64,000 nucleotides of DNA from Sphaerodactylus townsendi (Eukaryota), in assembly GCF_021028975.2 (NCBI RefSeq), contig NC_059429.1:61442001-61506000 (forward strand), in the 5' to 3' direction. Below are positions 10,807 through 24,920 of the stretch, piece after piece. A program made the position numbers and the translations under genes. The notes under the pieces are model-generated. The model was not told the DNA's origin. It saw only the letters and a program-made list of their open reading frames with translations, and searched no databases. Position 1 is the first letter of the stretch; each line of letters starts with the position of its first letter.

Positions 10807-12654
10807 ATAATTACCTTGGGAGCCATAAAAGTGCTGCAAAAATAGGACTAACTAAACATAGCTAGAAAGCGAGAAGGATCATTTGATTTTAAAAACAACC
10901 AGCTTCACTACAACTTGAAACCAAAAACATTTTTAATTTGAGCTCTTCACAGGTGAAATACAGACAGACTGTTTCTCATCACCAGTCACATATAAATCCA
11001 TCTCCCATGAAACATTCTAGTAAAGCCTCAGAGGAAAGATAACCCTTCTACTGAGCTCTGAAGGTCAATTGACTTGGACTCTGACAGAGTAATGTGGGAG
11101 AATTGCAGAGCCAAAGGCCTTAAGCTTCAGGAACAATAGTGAGCAGAACAGACTTTTCTGGGGGAAAATGGGCCGTTGAATTCATGTTTGAAGACAAGGT
11201 CAGCAGATTTTGTGTCACAGACATCAGGTGTTAAGGAGTCTATTGCACATTCTGTGCACAATGGAAACAGAAACTCCCAAGGGTAAACTACCTGCCCAAA
11301 AGTCCTGTTGAGTGAGTCCAGGGAAGACAGTTCCGTATATTAAAGATCTATTGCATGAGAATACAAAATAATAATTGTCATAATTTCTCCTGTGCTTAAG
11401 AATTTTCACACAGAAAATGAATAGCCGCTTCTTGAAAATTTGCTGAATCTCAGATTGCTAATGAAGTGAATTTTCTGTGCCATGAGTATCCCAACACAAG
11501 AACTATCAGTGTGTACAATTTCAGTTCTTTATTTTATCACACACATATAAATATAAGTTATTCAGTGTTACAGGAAAAGTACACAACAAGGCATTTTCAG
11601 TCTTATGATCTCACTGCCTTTTTCAAAATTTTATTTAAGCACATGAGGGCAAGGTATTTTTTAAACAATTAAAAGTGATCCTTGGCACTCTAGCGTAGCT
11701 CAGGAACACTAAAGAGTGTCTCTCAACCCCAAATTTGTTTTCAAAGCATGTTTACTGTCAACAAGAGACATTTTTATTTGCAGTACAATCACTGCCTTGA
11801 TAATTCTGCTAAGACTACAGTTCCTTAGCAGCTCTAAGCTTGTGTATCTGGAAGGCAATGTTGGTGAAATCGATAGGGACATTCTTCCAAGTAAATATGT
11901 TTAGGATTGGGCTGTAAGCTCGTAATTTAAGGACTTTTCTGTCAAATATGGAGCAACCTAATGTGAGGAAAAAACAAACATATTGCAGAGTTATTAACCA
12001 CTGACGCTGTTTATAATTAGCTTCTTATCTGTGTCAGGTATTTGCAGAAGCCCACAGGAGTGACAGCTGAGCTTTACTTTTAAGTTAAGTATTGTTAATA
12101 ATCTGTCTGTTCTTTCTCTCCTGAAATGGAAACAAACATAGCCTGAGACTAACTCCTATGAATGAGAACTGTCCATACAAAATACTAAGTACACTCAGAA
12201 AAATAAAGCTAAATTGTGTATGAGTATACTGATTACTGCCACAAGTAATTATTAGTTTATTTGCTGAATATCAGAATGTTGACTGAGTATAAACACACAG
12301 TGTATTCTCTCAGTCAGCACAGGCTATAAACCAATGGCATATTGTCCTACAGCCTTTGTAGGAAAGAAAAGTGAAATACTTGTATGAACTACATTTTTCA
12401 CATTATATTATCCTTACGTATCACTGCCAGAAGGGAGAAGAGATCGTCTGAAGAACGCACATGTATTTATTATGCTGATTATAGCCTGCAATGTGAAGCT
12501 GCGTTCAACTGTAATTTGAAGACTCACCATATCCCGGTAATAGACTTTCCTTGAGTTGGAAAGAACTACTCGAGGGGGGGAGGGGAATATGAGAAACGTC
12601 TGTAATAGTCAGCGTTTTCTAATGACAGATTACAGGATCCAACCCAAAAAGCTT

Positions 12655-12835
12655 GGGCCCTTTCCGCACATGTGCGGAAACGCACCTCCACAGACATGAA
12701 GTATGCTGGTGGAGGCTCAGGGACCGTTCGCACGACCTCCAGAGGTCACAGGGTAGCGTGGGCGGGTCTCTGCAGCCCTCCAGAGGGACGCTGCACAAGA
12801 AGGTGAGTGGAGCCGACAGGGAAAGCACCACGAAA
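12655..12835. mobile_element. PIF/Harbinger-type MITE fragment
   Basis: Starts ggccctttccgcacatgtgcggaaa; interior (gacctccagaggtcac..gtgggcgggtc) resembles 7000-7080. Confidence 0.6.
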
Positions 12836-14445
12836 CTGTGACCTATAAGGAAACTCAGAATCAAGGATTATTTTCTAAAGCTGTGCCTACAAATAGAATT
12901 CTAAAGGGCAACTCCTTAACCCTACATTAGGATGCCATGTACCAGTTCATCAGAAGCAATGTGTTACATTTCCACCTTGCAATGTGATACAAGCTATTGT
13001 CTCTAAAACCCAGAAAACAGTCAATTTGTTTATACAGAGGCATATGGGTTATGGCTTACACAATATGGTTTTCACAGAGGCATTGTCAGAGGCCTGCCCT
13101 ATAGGTTATAGGGGTGAGCACAATTTTTTATCAGTGAATTCTGGGTTTGGGTTCTAAAAACCTGGAAATATATGGCAAAGATAAATAAAGCCAATAACCA
13201 TCGCCTTTATTTGGCTTTTTACCAACATTTTTTGAGATTTTAAAACTTGAATCAGAAATGTATCAATTAAAACAAATTCTTCCCCCTCCCCCCATTTCCC
13301 AGGTCCTGGTAGACTTGGGAGATGGTGACATGGACCTAGAAATCGGCAGCAGAGGTAGGCTTTTTGAGCAGCAGGGCTGCTCAGCTCTGTACAATACCCT
13401 GGTCTTTTTTGATAAAGGGGAATCTCTAAAAATGCCGATATAGCTTTTTTCAGGGGAGGGGGGATTTTACCACCCTTTGCAGGTTAGCTAATCTTCAACA
13501 GTATTACTTCAAAAGGCTCCCCTTGCTGCAATTATCATGATCCCTTGACCTTCCCAGAAGCCAAGCACAAGTCATACTATTATGTGATGTTTCATGCACT
13601 TCTCTTTCAATGGCAGGCAGCAGGAGTGACAAACTACATCAATTAATTGCTTATTTTGCCGGACTAGTATCTCTCAAGCAGCAGTATAATGAAAAACCGT
13701 CTGTGTGCTTTAGAAGAATGGCCTTCCATTTGGTTATTTTGTTTGGCTCACCTTCAGCTAGCTTTGATTCAGCTTAGCAGATTCCTACAATAGGTTTATT
13801 GTTTGTAAGCCATTACAGCTGAATGGCTGATTGCTGTTCATCTGTGTGGACTGTTCAACTCCCCAGACAAGCACATACCTAACTGGCTACCTGAGCAGAT
13901 GTTCACAAATTGGGAATTCCTGGATTAGTCCCAATTTAACTTAGATGTGCAAATAGCAGCATGATTGGTGCTTGAAAAACAATTGCATGGAATCATATCT
14001 ATGTAGCAAGTCATTTGTGTGCAGCAGCTCCCTGCATCAGTCTAGCAATTTCCACCAGGCCAATTCAGACTCGGCAGGAGCTGGGCCTCAGTCTATTAAC
14101 TGCCAGTTCCTTTAACTGGGATAAGGCCAATTTTGTCATTAAGACCCTTAAAAATGTTTAGAATTATAGGCAAATCCCCATCCTTTATCACTTCTAATCC
14201 ATCTACAGGAAACTGCCTCTAATTTATATTCATTTGATCTTCAGTAACTTTCAAAACACAAAGTGTAAATAAGACACGTTTGAGATACATTAATGAACAC
14301 TCCACTTTATTCTTAGAAAGTCTCAGTGTCTAAAGCAGAACCTGTCAGGTAACATAAATACTAATTAACAGCATTACTGATTTTGAAATATCCACACAGA
14401 CAAGAGGATCAGTCATAGCCCCAATATCCTGCACAGACTGAATTA

Positions 14446-14583
<138 letters not shown>

Positions 14584-15412
14584 TCAGTAAGTCACGTGAA
14601 AAAGGAATAATTACATATCAAACATTTACTTTCACCTTAATAACTTTATCCAGCTTGTAGGTAGAAAGGTATGAGTTAATCAACACTGTAATCAGAAAGA
14701 TTATGCAATTTTATGATGAAGATCTTCTTTGAAGGTTTTTTTCCTGATGGCAAAGTCTGAGTTCACCATGGTCTTTTTTCCTCAAAAACTTGAAGGAATA
14801 TTGCTTCTTCATGGATTTTTCCATATGTTTAGTATCATTGGATATATTAGTAAGTTTTTCCTCTTGTTGCTGCCTTGGGTGATTTATTTATTTAAAATAT
14901 TTACATCCAATCGTTTTCAGTTAGCCCAAGGCTGCTTATAAACATAGTCACACAACCATCATTAGGTCTTTTTTGTTGAATTGTCTTTTAACTGTTACAA
15001 ATGAATAGAACGAACTACTTTTTAATAGAGTTATTACTAATTATTAAGACTTCAATTGTGAAGAAGGACAGTTTGTGAATTTCCTGTTATCAAGAATATT
15101 GATTTTGTATCATTAACATAACAAATGACTGAAGGCAGAAGACCATTTTAATGTACATGATTGTTCTAAGGTATCTGGGGGAATATTTGTAACCTGCATG
15201 GTGTGTTACAAATAAATAACGTTTCCTCAGCAATTACAGTGTGATGCCTTTTTTGGGGAAATATAAACACCCATTGTGACAGAAATCAGGGCTGCTGAGA
15301 GCCACCATGGGCCCCTGAACAAAGATTCTACATGGGTCCTTCAGATATGACCCTTATCCAAACCCTGCGTCTAATTTTGTGATATTTTTATACGCATACA
15401 CACTTCTTACAT

Positions 15413-15445
15413 CTGATGAAGTGGGCCATAGTTCACAGAAACGTC
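15413..15445 (+). ncRNA. Hammerhead-ribozyme-like motif (minimal, Penelope-like type), probably decayed
   Basis: CTGATGA A GTGGGC CATA GTTCAC (A) GAAA CG TC: core, 6-bp stem II with two G-U pairs, short CG stem III and UC site. Confidence 0.55.
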
Positions 15446-15573
15446 ATATCACAACAACTCTCTAGCAATTTAATCTGTAAGAAATCTATTTCACCCTAAT
15501 ATCTAAAAAGTGTTTAAAATGTAATTAAATCTAATGGGGACGAGTTCTATTCCATATGTATAACCACTAAGTT

Positions 15574-15700
15574 AGGCCCCTTCTGCACGGGCTCGGAGAG
15601 CAGTGGGGCACCAGTATACATGACTCTGGTGCAGCCCTGAGGCCCTTTGCACACTTGTGTGAGGACAGCCCCGGTGTTGCCGTGGCAACTAACAACCTCT
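15574..15700. mobile_element. PIF/Harbinger-type MITE fragment (one end)
   Basis: ggccccttctgcacggg start; internal gaggccctttgcacac like other family members. Confidence 0.5.
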
Positions 15701-17736
15701 TCTGAGGTTGTAAAAACATCATGGGCTTTATGGATCTCCAGTACAATTATTCCCGGTATAATCCTGCACCAGGTCTTTCTGGATAACTCCTATCCAACTT
15801 GCTTCTTTTCATATTATGGCTAAATTACTCAACAAAAGGGAATATTATTTGGAGTAAGCTGTCTACGGACTACAGGTAAAACATGGGAATCATAGATGAC
15901 ATAAAGAAAAAAAAACGTATATAACTTGCATATAATGTGCTGGAAACAACAAACTATGCCAAGCAGTGGTTTAATGAAAACAGGTGAAGTGATATGCATT
16001 AAAAGAATAGGATGGAAAGAACACAATTCTATTAAAATGGGAGCCAGTCAGTAATGATCTTCAAATGGAATTAGCTTGGGAAATAATTTTCAAAAAGACG
16101 CTACATTCATTTGCTATATTCTTTTAACTACAATATGTTTCCTGTGCAATGGATGAATGAAAATTTGGTGGGGGTGGGGAGTGGAGACTGTAAAATTAAC
16201 TCATTTTATCAATTGTGCTGCCTGCTAGAATTTCCTGACATCAGAGACAAGATGCTGTAAAACTGATGAATTTGCATGGAAGAAGAAACCAGTGTAAGTA
16301 ATTTGTGTAAAAGGTAACATGGGCATGGACTGCTATAATTCAGACACCCTGCAGATAGCAAACTACTGCAGAGCGAGCAGTTATGGGTTAGAAAAATGAC
16401 CACACTGCAGTCAGTCTGACTTGAATGGAAATCAATCATAAAGGTACACTCTGCAGCATCCGCTTCACAGTTTTTAGCAAGTTCTTGGCCAAACGTATTT
16501 GTGCTTTAAAAGCCTTCACTTGATAAATTCTCTTTCACACAAGACCTATGGAAGGCACAGCTGAAAGGTTAATAATGTGTTTTTCAAGCAGGTGCATAAC
16601 AATGTCATTTCCCAGCTACTATAATATTTATTAAGCAAGTTCACTTCAGAGAGTGGAAATGAGGAAAAATACCTTAATTAGCCAGTTTCTACTTCTCTGT
16701 CCTTATTTCAGGGAGTTTAAATTCTATGAAGTGTAATTCTGCCTTGCTAAATTTGGTTATATCTATAGATAGCAGGAAGGTGGGATACCATTAGACAATG
16801 CAGACCAAATATAACAAAAAACATAACAAGAAATATTAAGCTATCTCCTTAAATGATAGAGTATAGAGAACATTATTTGCTTATGCCCTAAATTTGTTCA
16901 TATGTGACACACAACTTTTGTTATATAAGACTGTAGTTTCTACTCCTTGATTTCGATTCGCAATGGAAGAATGTACGTGATAGGCTCTATAAAACTGAGC
17001 TGAGAATTCTATTGTTGTTATCCTTACATCCTCATAGAGTTTTTAATGGAAGGCATACATAGACCACTTGTGTACAAAGGGACAAAGCGGCTAATACTAC
17101 TGCTAGCAACATTAACAAATTATTAAGATGTATTTACTTTAAAAATTAATATGCTTTCCTTGAACTAGACTAAGAATGAAAATAATCCCTAATAGACATC
17201 CCTAATAGTAAAATGGCCCACCATGCAAATTTAAAATATCCTCTAGTAGCTACAGAAAGCAAACCCATCTCATGTCAGAGGTTAGCCAAGGACATCAGTG
17301 GCAGAGAGAGAGAGCAACTGACCGAATGAAACTGCTTCTCTGTACTGTATTTTAACTATCAATAAAAAGTGTCTGTATCTCCACTTAAATATTACTCATC
17401 TTTCTAGTCACCATTTTATTAAAAATATAATCCAGTGTTTCTCAAATTGGGGCCTAGGGACCCCTGAAAGTCTGTGAGGGTATAAGGACAGAGGATGAGC
17501 AAGTGCAGGGACTTTCCATCTCAGGGAAAAGGGATGGAGTCAGCTAACCACTCTTTTCAATGGCGTTAGCTCAATAAGGTAATAAAATCTAAGAACTGCT
17601 GATATATAAGCAAAAAGTATTCAGACCACCTTTAGAACATTTCTCCATTGACTTGAAGAAATTATTTTCTCATTTGTTATTAAGGTAAGTCACAGTTATG
17701 CACACTTTACTTTTCTATATTAATATCACGAACTGA

Positions 17737-19044
17737 GGCCGTTTTTTCACAGCGAAATTGTACCTGGGTGGACCTGGGATCTCGCGTACCAGGTCAATTT
17801 TGGCCTGGTCTGCGATTCTTCACAGATCCCCACTTCTGCCCCTACGCTGCTCCAGCTGTTTCTGCACGGGCACAGGGCTTTTTTCATTTTCTCCCCGCAA
17901 TCCATTCCACACATGCATGGACAACCTCCATTTCCCACATTCTGATTGGCCCCTGGTTGTGTCACTCAAATGGCGTCATTCTCTCCCATTCACTTTCATA
18001 GAGGGAGAAACTGTGGGTTCAGAAAGAGAAAGGGGGGAAGGGGGAGCGAAGAGCAGTCTGCCTGTGCTGCTGGCAGGCATGGGCATGACCGGGTCTGACA
18101 CCGCAAGGCAAAGTGGGTGGCTAGCACAAGCATGGTCAGGTCACAGTCCAATGGGTCAAGGTAGGTGGCAGGCAAGGCATAGTTAGGTCACAGTCCAATA
18201 GGTCAAGGCACGGGAGAACCGAGAAGCAGGCTAGGAATCAACAAAGAACCAGGCACACAGAGGCAACAAGCACCCAGGCAGAAGCAAGCTCACAGCAAGG
18301 CTTATATAAAGAGCCTTGTTCAGGGGGCTGGAATTCTGCGAGGAGTTAGTCCACATCAGATGCAGAGACTTCTAGTCTCCCATACTTTGCTGCCAAACGA
18401 GCACTCCTTCTGTACTTCTGCAGTAGTAAGTACCCAGGGGCTGGCTCATGACACCGTCTTTGCCAGGCAAGACAGGAGGAAAGCATGTGAGTGGGGGACA
18501 GCAGCCCTTCTGTAATGGCTGCAGTGAAATACTCCATTTAGGAGAGGAGGAGGGAGCCCTTTTATGCAGATGGCTGGGAAGCCGTGATTCCTTTCATGCT
18601 CGCCTCTTCTCCTCTCCGCCCCCACTTGTAAATCCCCCCTTCTTCTCCAGCAGATGGATTTTTGCCACTGCGGATCAGCAGAGAGTACCCTTCCCTCCTC
18701 TTTGGGCTGCACACAAGCCTCTGCTTAATGTGATTAAAGCACTCCCCCCACATCTTTGCCATTTGCATTTCCAGCTCACACTTTCAGTGTGGAAAGCGTT
18801 GGGCGGGCCAGAACAGTGAGACAGGAAAAATACAAAAGTTCTGCCCATATCTGCTCCTGTGGTTTTTTCATGGCACCAGAGTCGCACAGGGGTATTTTAA
18901 AAGTACCACCTTGCTAGCGAGAAGCAAAGGCAATACCGTGGGGCAGCATCAGGGCCACACCGGGGCAGACACGCTGCAGCTCCGGGAGCCATGAGGAATC
19001 CTTGAATATACACACCGATGCAATTTCGCTGTGAAAAACTGGCC
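17737..19044. mobile_element. PIF/Harbinger-type non-autonomous element
   Basis: 24-bp TIRs ggccgttttttcacagcgaaattg / caatttcgctgtgaaaaactggcc (22/24 match). Confidence 0.8.
18080..18453 (-). mobile_element. Probable solo LTR (Gypsy-like) nested in the Harbinger-type element
   Basis: Minus strand begins TGTCATGA, has TTTATATAAG, then tandem CCTTGACC.ATTGGACTGTGACC repeats; no clear TSD. Confidence 0.5.
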
Positions 19045-20676
19045 TGTGATAAATATCCTAGGAAAAAAGAAGGAAAGTATTTTTGTCTATCTACTGTTTC
19101 CATCTCCCTACTAAGTTTATGGATTCAAAGGTCAGAAGGATACATCAGTTTTTGCTAAAGAACCACTTAGCCCTGGTTGCAGCAGAGCAGAACAATTCTC
19201 TGTTTACCTAAGCACATCTCTTGTGCATATATATCCAAATGCTGAATATGGGGTTCAAGTGAGGGATTTTACATTTTAGGTCCAACTCGTGAATGGAGCT
19301 GCTAAGCAGCTTCTATTGATAAACAAACACTTTTGGTGGGGGGGGGGAGGCTATTGTTCGGATTGGGGCTACACTGCAAAACAGAAAGAAATTTAATCCT
19401 TTCAATCCCGCACAACTTTTCCAGTTGACTCGCATTCCTCATTAGGCAAACAGCAGTTCAGCAAGGTCATCAGAGGTTTAAATATGGTGCCACTCTGCTC
19501 CAGGGTGGGGCCAAGGGCCAGGTCACTCATATAGGCTCCCAGCCGTCCCACCTGCTGATGCCCATAGTGGGCGTGGCCACCACCTGCCTTCTGCCCTTCT
19601 AAGGAGCAGAGTGGCACCAGGTCCCGTTGATTCAGGGCCGCTCTTTATTAATTTTGAACAATTCCTCCAAGTCTTATCTGTATTTTTCTACAACTCATTT
19701 TTGTAACATCAGATTATCATCCATTCTCCATCTAAATCTAGCACTTTACTAAGCAGAAGTAGGTGCAACCAAAGTACAAAAGTTTCATGCAATAAAATCC
19801 ATTAAAAATCCATGTAGTCTATAATGAAAAGGACCTGAAAGAAAAAGTTACTGTTATTCAAAAACGACATTGAATCTAAGAAGTCTAAGAATACTGAAGC
19901 CTAAGAATCATAGCTCCCCTACATATATATTCCATGAGAGAAATAACTGTAGGCTAAATCAATGTGAAGGAAAGTGGCTTTGCTGGATGAAGAACAGGCT
20001 ACCCATTCAATCTCTCCTTGAATTGAGCTATGTGAAGCTTGTCTAACTCAGCTAATGCTGTTTTGGGATCTAGTTTCAACTGACAGGGTGGCCTGGTCAC
20101 AAATCTCTACATATACATGGGATACTTTTCTGTCACTGGGATCAGAGAATGAATGTCCCTGAATCAGTTACTCTGGTCCAAAGGGTCCTTGCTCAAATGA
20201 ATTAAAAACATCCAGTACTACAAGCTCATTTAGTCAAAATACCCAAATGTCTAAAAAAAAGTCATAAAACATGAGCACTTATCTTGTAAACGTACAGAAA
20301 TGTTTATTCTGATTGGTACTTATGTAAACGATGTGGGTCTTGCTTTGGAATGATAATATGTGTTTTATTTCTTTTCATTCCCATCCCCCAATTTCCTATT
20401 TATAACCCACTTCTCTACTACTAGAAGAGACTTCTAGTACTACTAAAACAAATGGAGACTCATGGATATAAATCCATGGATGTGTTTTGGTGCCTGTAAT
20501 AATCTTCTCTATGTCTGTGTTCAATCTACTGTCACACATGCTGCTTCGTTCACAGGTCTAGGCATGACTTGTGTAAATCAAATGAAACCAGAGCTCTTTC
20601 AGCCAAGGCTTTATGACGATCTGAAACACTACAGCCAATCTTTAACTTCAGGGTCTTTAAAAAATATTGTTGTACT

Positions 20677-20945
20677 TAGAATAATAGAGTTGGAAGAGAC
20701 CCCAAAGACCAGCAAGTCCAACCCACTGCAATGCAGGAACACACAAAGCACTCCCAACATATAATCATCCAACCTCTGTTTAAAAACCTCCAAAGAAGGA
20801 GACTCTACCACACTCTGACATTCCACTGTCGAACAGCCCTTGCTGTCAGGAAGTTTCTCCTGATGTTTAGGTGGAATCTCTTTTCCTTCACCTTGAACCC
20901 ATTACTCCTGGTCCTAGTCTCTGGAGCAGCAGAAACCAAGTCCCT
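20677..20945 (-). mobile_element. CR1 LINE 3' fragment
   Basis: Minus-strand peptides APETRTRSNGFKVKEKRFHLNIRRNFLT and VVESPSLEVFKQRLD (CR1 ORF2 C-terminus) followed by a CR1-type 3' UTR. Confidence 0.9.
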
Positions 20946-21234
20946 CACTAACATGACATCCTTTATATGATTTTTGTTACAAACTGGCAAACCTATTATG
21001 TTTCTGCAACTCTATATGTTCTGTGTTCAAATTAGATACTCAGTTGAACTCTTTATGACCACAGAAAAACCTATAAAATTGAAAGCTGGCTTTGACTTTA
21101 TAGACACATAGACATTTTGAACACTAAAGCAGCTAAGTGACAGTGTAAGAGTAAGATGAGAGTTCAAGGAATAAACCCGTCTTTGAACCAGTAACCTTTT
21201 CTCTCAATTGACTGAATAAGCAGCATTTATTAAT

Positions 21235-21435
21235 TCATTTACTTTATTTGTATTTCGTCTTTCACCCCAATAACGACCAAAACGATTTACATCATTTTCC
21301 ATGACCTCATTTGATCCTCTCAACAACCCTGTGAGGTAGATTAGGTTGAGGGTGCATGACAGGCCCAAAATCAGTCACCAAGCTTCCATGGCTTTCCCAG
21401 ATCTAGTCTGACACTTTAACCACTAAACAATGCTG
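21235..21435 (-). mobile_element. Old CORE/MIR-like SINE
   Basis: caacaaccctgtgaggtag...ggcccaa...tttaaccact pattern, diverged. Confidence 0.7.
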
Positions 21436-22289
21436 AAATCTGTGGCTAGGTCTTTTATCTCCTCTAGACAGTTTTGCTACCTTGTGTAAGGGAGCATTGC
21501 AGAATACCACAAGTATGAAATGTGTGATGTTCATTTTAACATTACCAGTACAGCATGCTATTGACCACCAAATTGTGCTGAATTCCATTTATAAACATAA
21601 CTTACCACTAAGTTTATGGGGACTTTTTTTGTGTTGCTTTAATAAGATATTGATTGAGAACAAGGCTTGAGTGGGCTGCCATTGAACTGTGTAAAGGCAT
21701 AAAAAGGCAAGGTCACCCTAACACTTCATTCTAAGTCCACAGTCCATTCTGTATTGTAATTATTTTGCTTTGGTTTTTTCAATCCAAACTTGAATTGTAG
21801 ACTTTAAACAACAGTGCTTTACTACTGAATATGAAGTAAGCTTCTTCAGTGTTTATTTTCATGCTGCTGACTTTAAATGATCTCTCCTACAATATTGATT
21901 AGCATCTCACATGCTTATATATGGAGAAACTGCACAGCTAAACTGATGTAGAACATAAAAGAAAATTGATACACCTAGATTTCTTTAGGCTCAAGGGCGG
22001 GGAGGGGAATTTTGGAAGGGACAGTATTGGGGGGATGGGGGAGGCTGTTGTGATAGGGAAGAACTGTCAAAATTGCCCCCTTTATGTGCCTATGTAAATC
22101 TAAGTGGGGCCCAAGCCATATCCTGAAAATATACTAGTTGGTCAACTAGTGTCTTCTAGTCAGCCAACTTCTGTGTGTAAATCACATAAATGATAGCACT
22201 CAGGATATTAAAAATCCAGGTGAGGTCAATGGGCATAATACTGTATTGTATGTATAAGTGGAACTGAAAACAAGAATACAATGCTTTTA

Positions 22290-22850
22290 ACTTTTTATTA
22301 AATTTTCACCCCCATCCCTTAATTCCCAACCAGGCTCAAGGTGGCTTTCAAGGGTTTTAAATATAATATTACAATTTAAAATTATCATAAATTAATAATC
22401 TGTTAAAACCAAGACTAAAAACCTATTGATGGTGAATAATAGTCAACAATATCATCCAATAATCCCTTCTCTGCAGATCTTCTCAGCAGTTTTTTTTAAA
22501 CTTATCGTTATCCAAGACAGGGAAGATCTAAAAAAAACAATGAAAAAGAAAACTGTGTGTGTGTGTGTACAATGTGTCTTCATAATTGACAGATGACAGT
22601 TGGGAGGCCAGCAAGATAGAAGGATCAGGGACAATGGATGGCCACAACCAAAAGCCCAGTGGAACATCTCTGTCTTGCAGGCCCTGCGGAATTGGTTAAA
22701 ATCCCACTGGGCCCTAGTGTCAGCTGACAAAGTGTTCTACCAGGCTGGAGCCAGGGCCAAAAACAAAACACTGGCTCTGGTTGAGGTCAACCTAATGTCC
22801 TTGGGGCCAGGGATCACCAGATGATTACTATCAGAGGACCGAAGGTCTCA
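22290..22850 (-). mobile_element. L2 LINE 3' end
   Basis: Minus-strand ADTRAQWDFNQFRRACKTEMFHWAF matches an L2 ORF2 C-terminus; L2-type 3' tail near 22300-22350. Confidence 0.8.
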
Positions 22851-24313
22851 GAAATGACATTTTGTATTTTGATAACCTGTTGCTTAATTCCAGAATTTTG
22901 GAGGTTAGTTGCAATTACATACTTTGAACATATCCATAGATACTGTTAGTAGTATTTTACATATTCTAGGAACTTGAGCAGATTCCAGACCTAAGCTGCA
23001 GCTTAAAAAAAGAACAAAAAAGAAAAAAATCCTGTTGGCTACTTCTGTTACCCAAATTAGAGGGGTCTGTCCTATTTTACATTGATGAATTAGCAGGGAC
23101 AGACTTTGCAATGTGAGAGGATGGGGTATGGAATCTTTTCCACCAATTTATACAGTGTTTTTTCCCTTTAGAAAAATCACAAGAAACCAAAATTTGAGTA
23201 AGTTTTAACAATTTTATTAAAGAGCAAAAACAATAAAAGGTACACAGGCAGTTTGGCAAAAATACACACAGAGGGTCAAGAAGCCTAGGGTTTAGACATA
23301 AGTTAAAATTAGGCTTGGAACAGCCGAGTTCATTGTGGGGAGGGTGATATTTACCTAACTCAGATGAGGAAAGTCCAGTGAGGCAGAACCCAATGCCTGC
23401 ATTGGATCCAGAGAAAGAGGCAACATTGGGTTCAGTGCAATCAACCAAAGGCAGCTCAGAAAAAAAATTGGGCAAGGGGCTCTTGTTTGGGCAGACCAGA
23501 TACAGGGAATTTTGACCCTCTGGCAATGCTAAGAGAGACAGTCTTCCTGAACAAAATGGAATTCTTTTCTCAGGGGAAAACAATACCACGATAAAATGGC
23601 TCAGATGAGTCAGTGATGGGGATACCCCAGTTTTTGATTAGATTTTAGGTAGAGTTCATGAATTACAATTTAGGATATTCCATTTCAGAGTAAGGTTTGA
23701 TGGTCCTCTGGTAGTTGGACAGGAAGGGGATGATAGGTTCAGCTAGGGAAGAAAGGACTCAGGAAAGCTGATTGTGTTGAGGCTGAGCAGCATTTGCATA
23801 TCCTTTGTGGGTTAGAGAACAGGTGTGTCTTTTCCAGGGCTGTTTTGATGGCAATGGTTGAAGCTGCAGGAAAGGTAGCTGCTATGCATATTGATTGGGA
23901 GTGGGAAAGCATTTTCAGGTGAAGTCCCTCTGTTGGTATCAAAGTCCAGAATTAGTCTTAGTCTGAATTGTCTATGACACCAATAGAGGTGTCTGGTAGG
24001 GCACAGTTCAGAAAACAGGCCCCTGGCTTGCTTGCCAACACTTCCACCCAACATACATAAAAAAATAATTCCACAAAGCTGCTCAACCACTCATATTATT
24101 GGCTAGTGACCAATTCTCATCAGCCATTTTTAATTGTCAAGCTACACCAATTAAACAAGCTGCATTATGGACAAGGAATCTGTGAAACTTGGGTCTTGAG
24201 ACCACACACATAGAATGTATTCTGGCAAAAAAACACTGCCAAGATGAAATCTCATTTACATTTTCCTGGAGATCATTGAATGAAGTGGAATTTATTTTCA
24301 AGTAAGTACATAT

Positions 24314-24387
24314 AGGATTATGCTGCATATCTGATCAGAGCGGTGACAAAACAGGATTATGCTGCATACCTGATCAGAGCAGTGGCA
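24314..24387. repeat. Imperfect 39-bp tandem duplication
   Basis: aggattatgctgcata(t/c)ctgatcagagc(g/a)gtg x2. Confidence 0.9.
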
Positions 24388-24920
24388 GTAAGTTTATTTT
24401 CTACTAATTTTCATCTATAGAAATTATCATATTAACTCTGTATACATTTTAATTCAACTTTAGAAGTAAGTTCCACCAGGTTCAGGCCTCCTTCAAGCCA
24501 GAGTTTTGAGGAGCGTCAAGCATGCTAATTCAGTGGATATGACACAAGCCATAGACTGTTTATTTCATATCCTTTTAGAATGCGAATTAAATGCAGATGT
24601 GCATTTTTGGCTAATCCATCCTTTGCTAGTGGTAAGAAAAATTCAAAATCCCATTATTGCTGTGTGTTTCTTTTAGGAGGCTACAACGCTGATGTAACAT
24701 ATATGGTAGCTCTATTCTTGATGTTAGCCTTGCCCTTGACACCCCAATATATATTATTTCATAATATTTTCCTGTTAAACTACATAGGCAGAAGCCACCT
24801 CTCATATTTTTGTGTGTGTAGCAGTATGTCCACTTAGAAGCAGGCCTCAGGCAAAAGGTCTGTTTAGCAAGATTAAATCAAGAGAATGAGTTACTCCTGC
24901 AATCTGGAGGTCTCATCCTG

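Noticed and set aside
23077-23589. 170-aa minus-strand ORF
   Set aside because: No recognisable homology or splice context; probably decayed repeat sequence.
24099-24113. NFI-like sites (TTGGCTAGTGACCAA here; TTGGCTTTTTACCAA 13211-13225; CTGGGATAAGGCCAA 14116-14130) as autoregulation
   Set aside because: None is a perfect TTGGC-N5-GCCAA. A few near matches are expected by chance in 64 kb, and one lies in a probable repeat.
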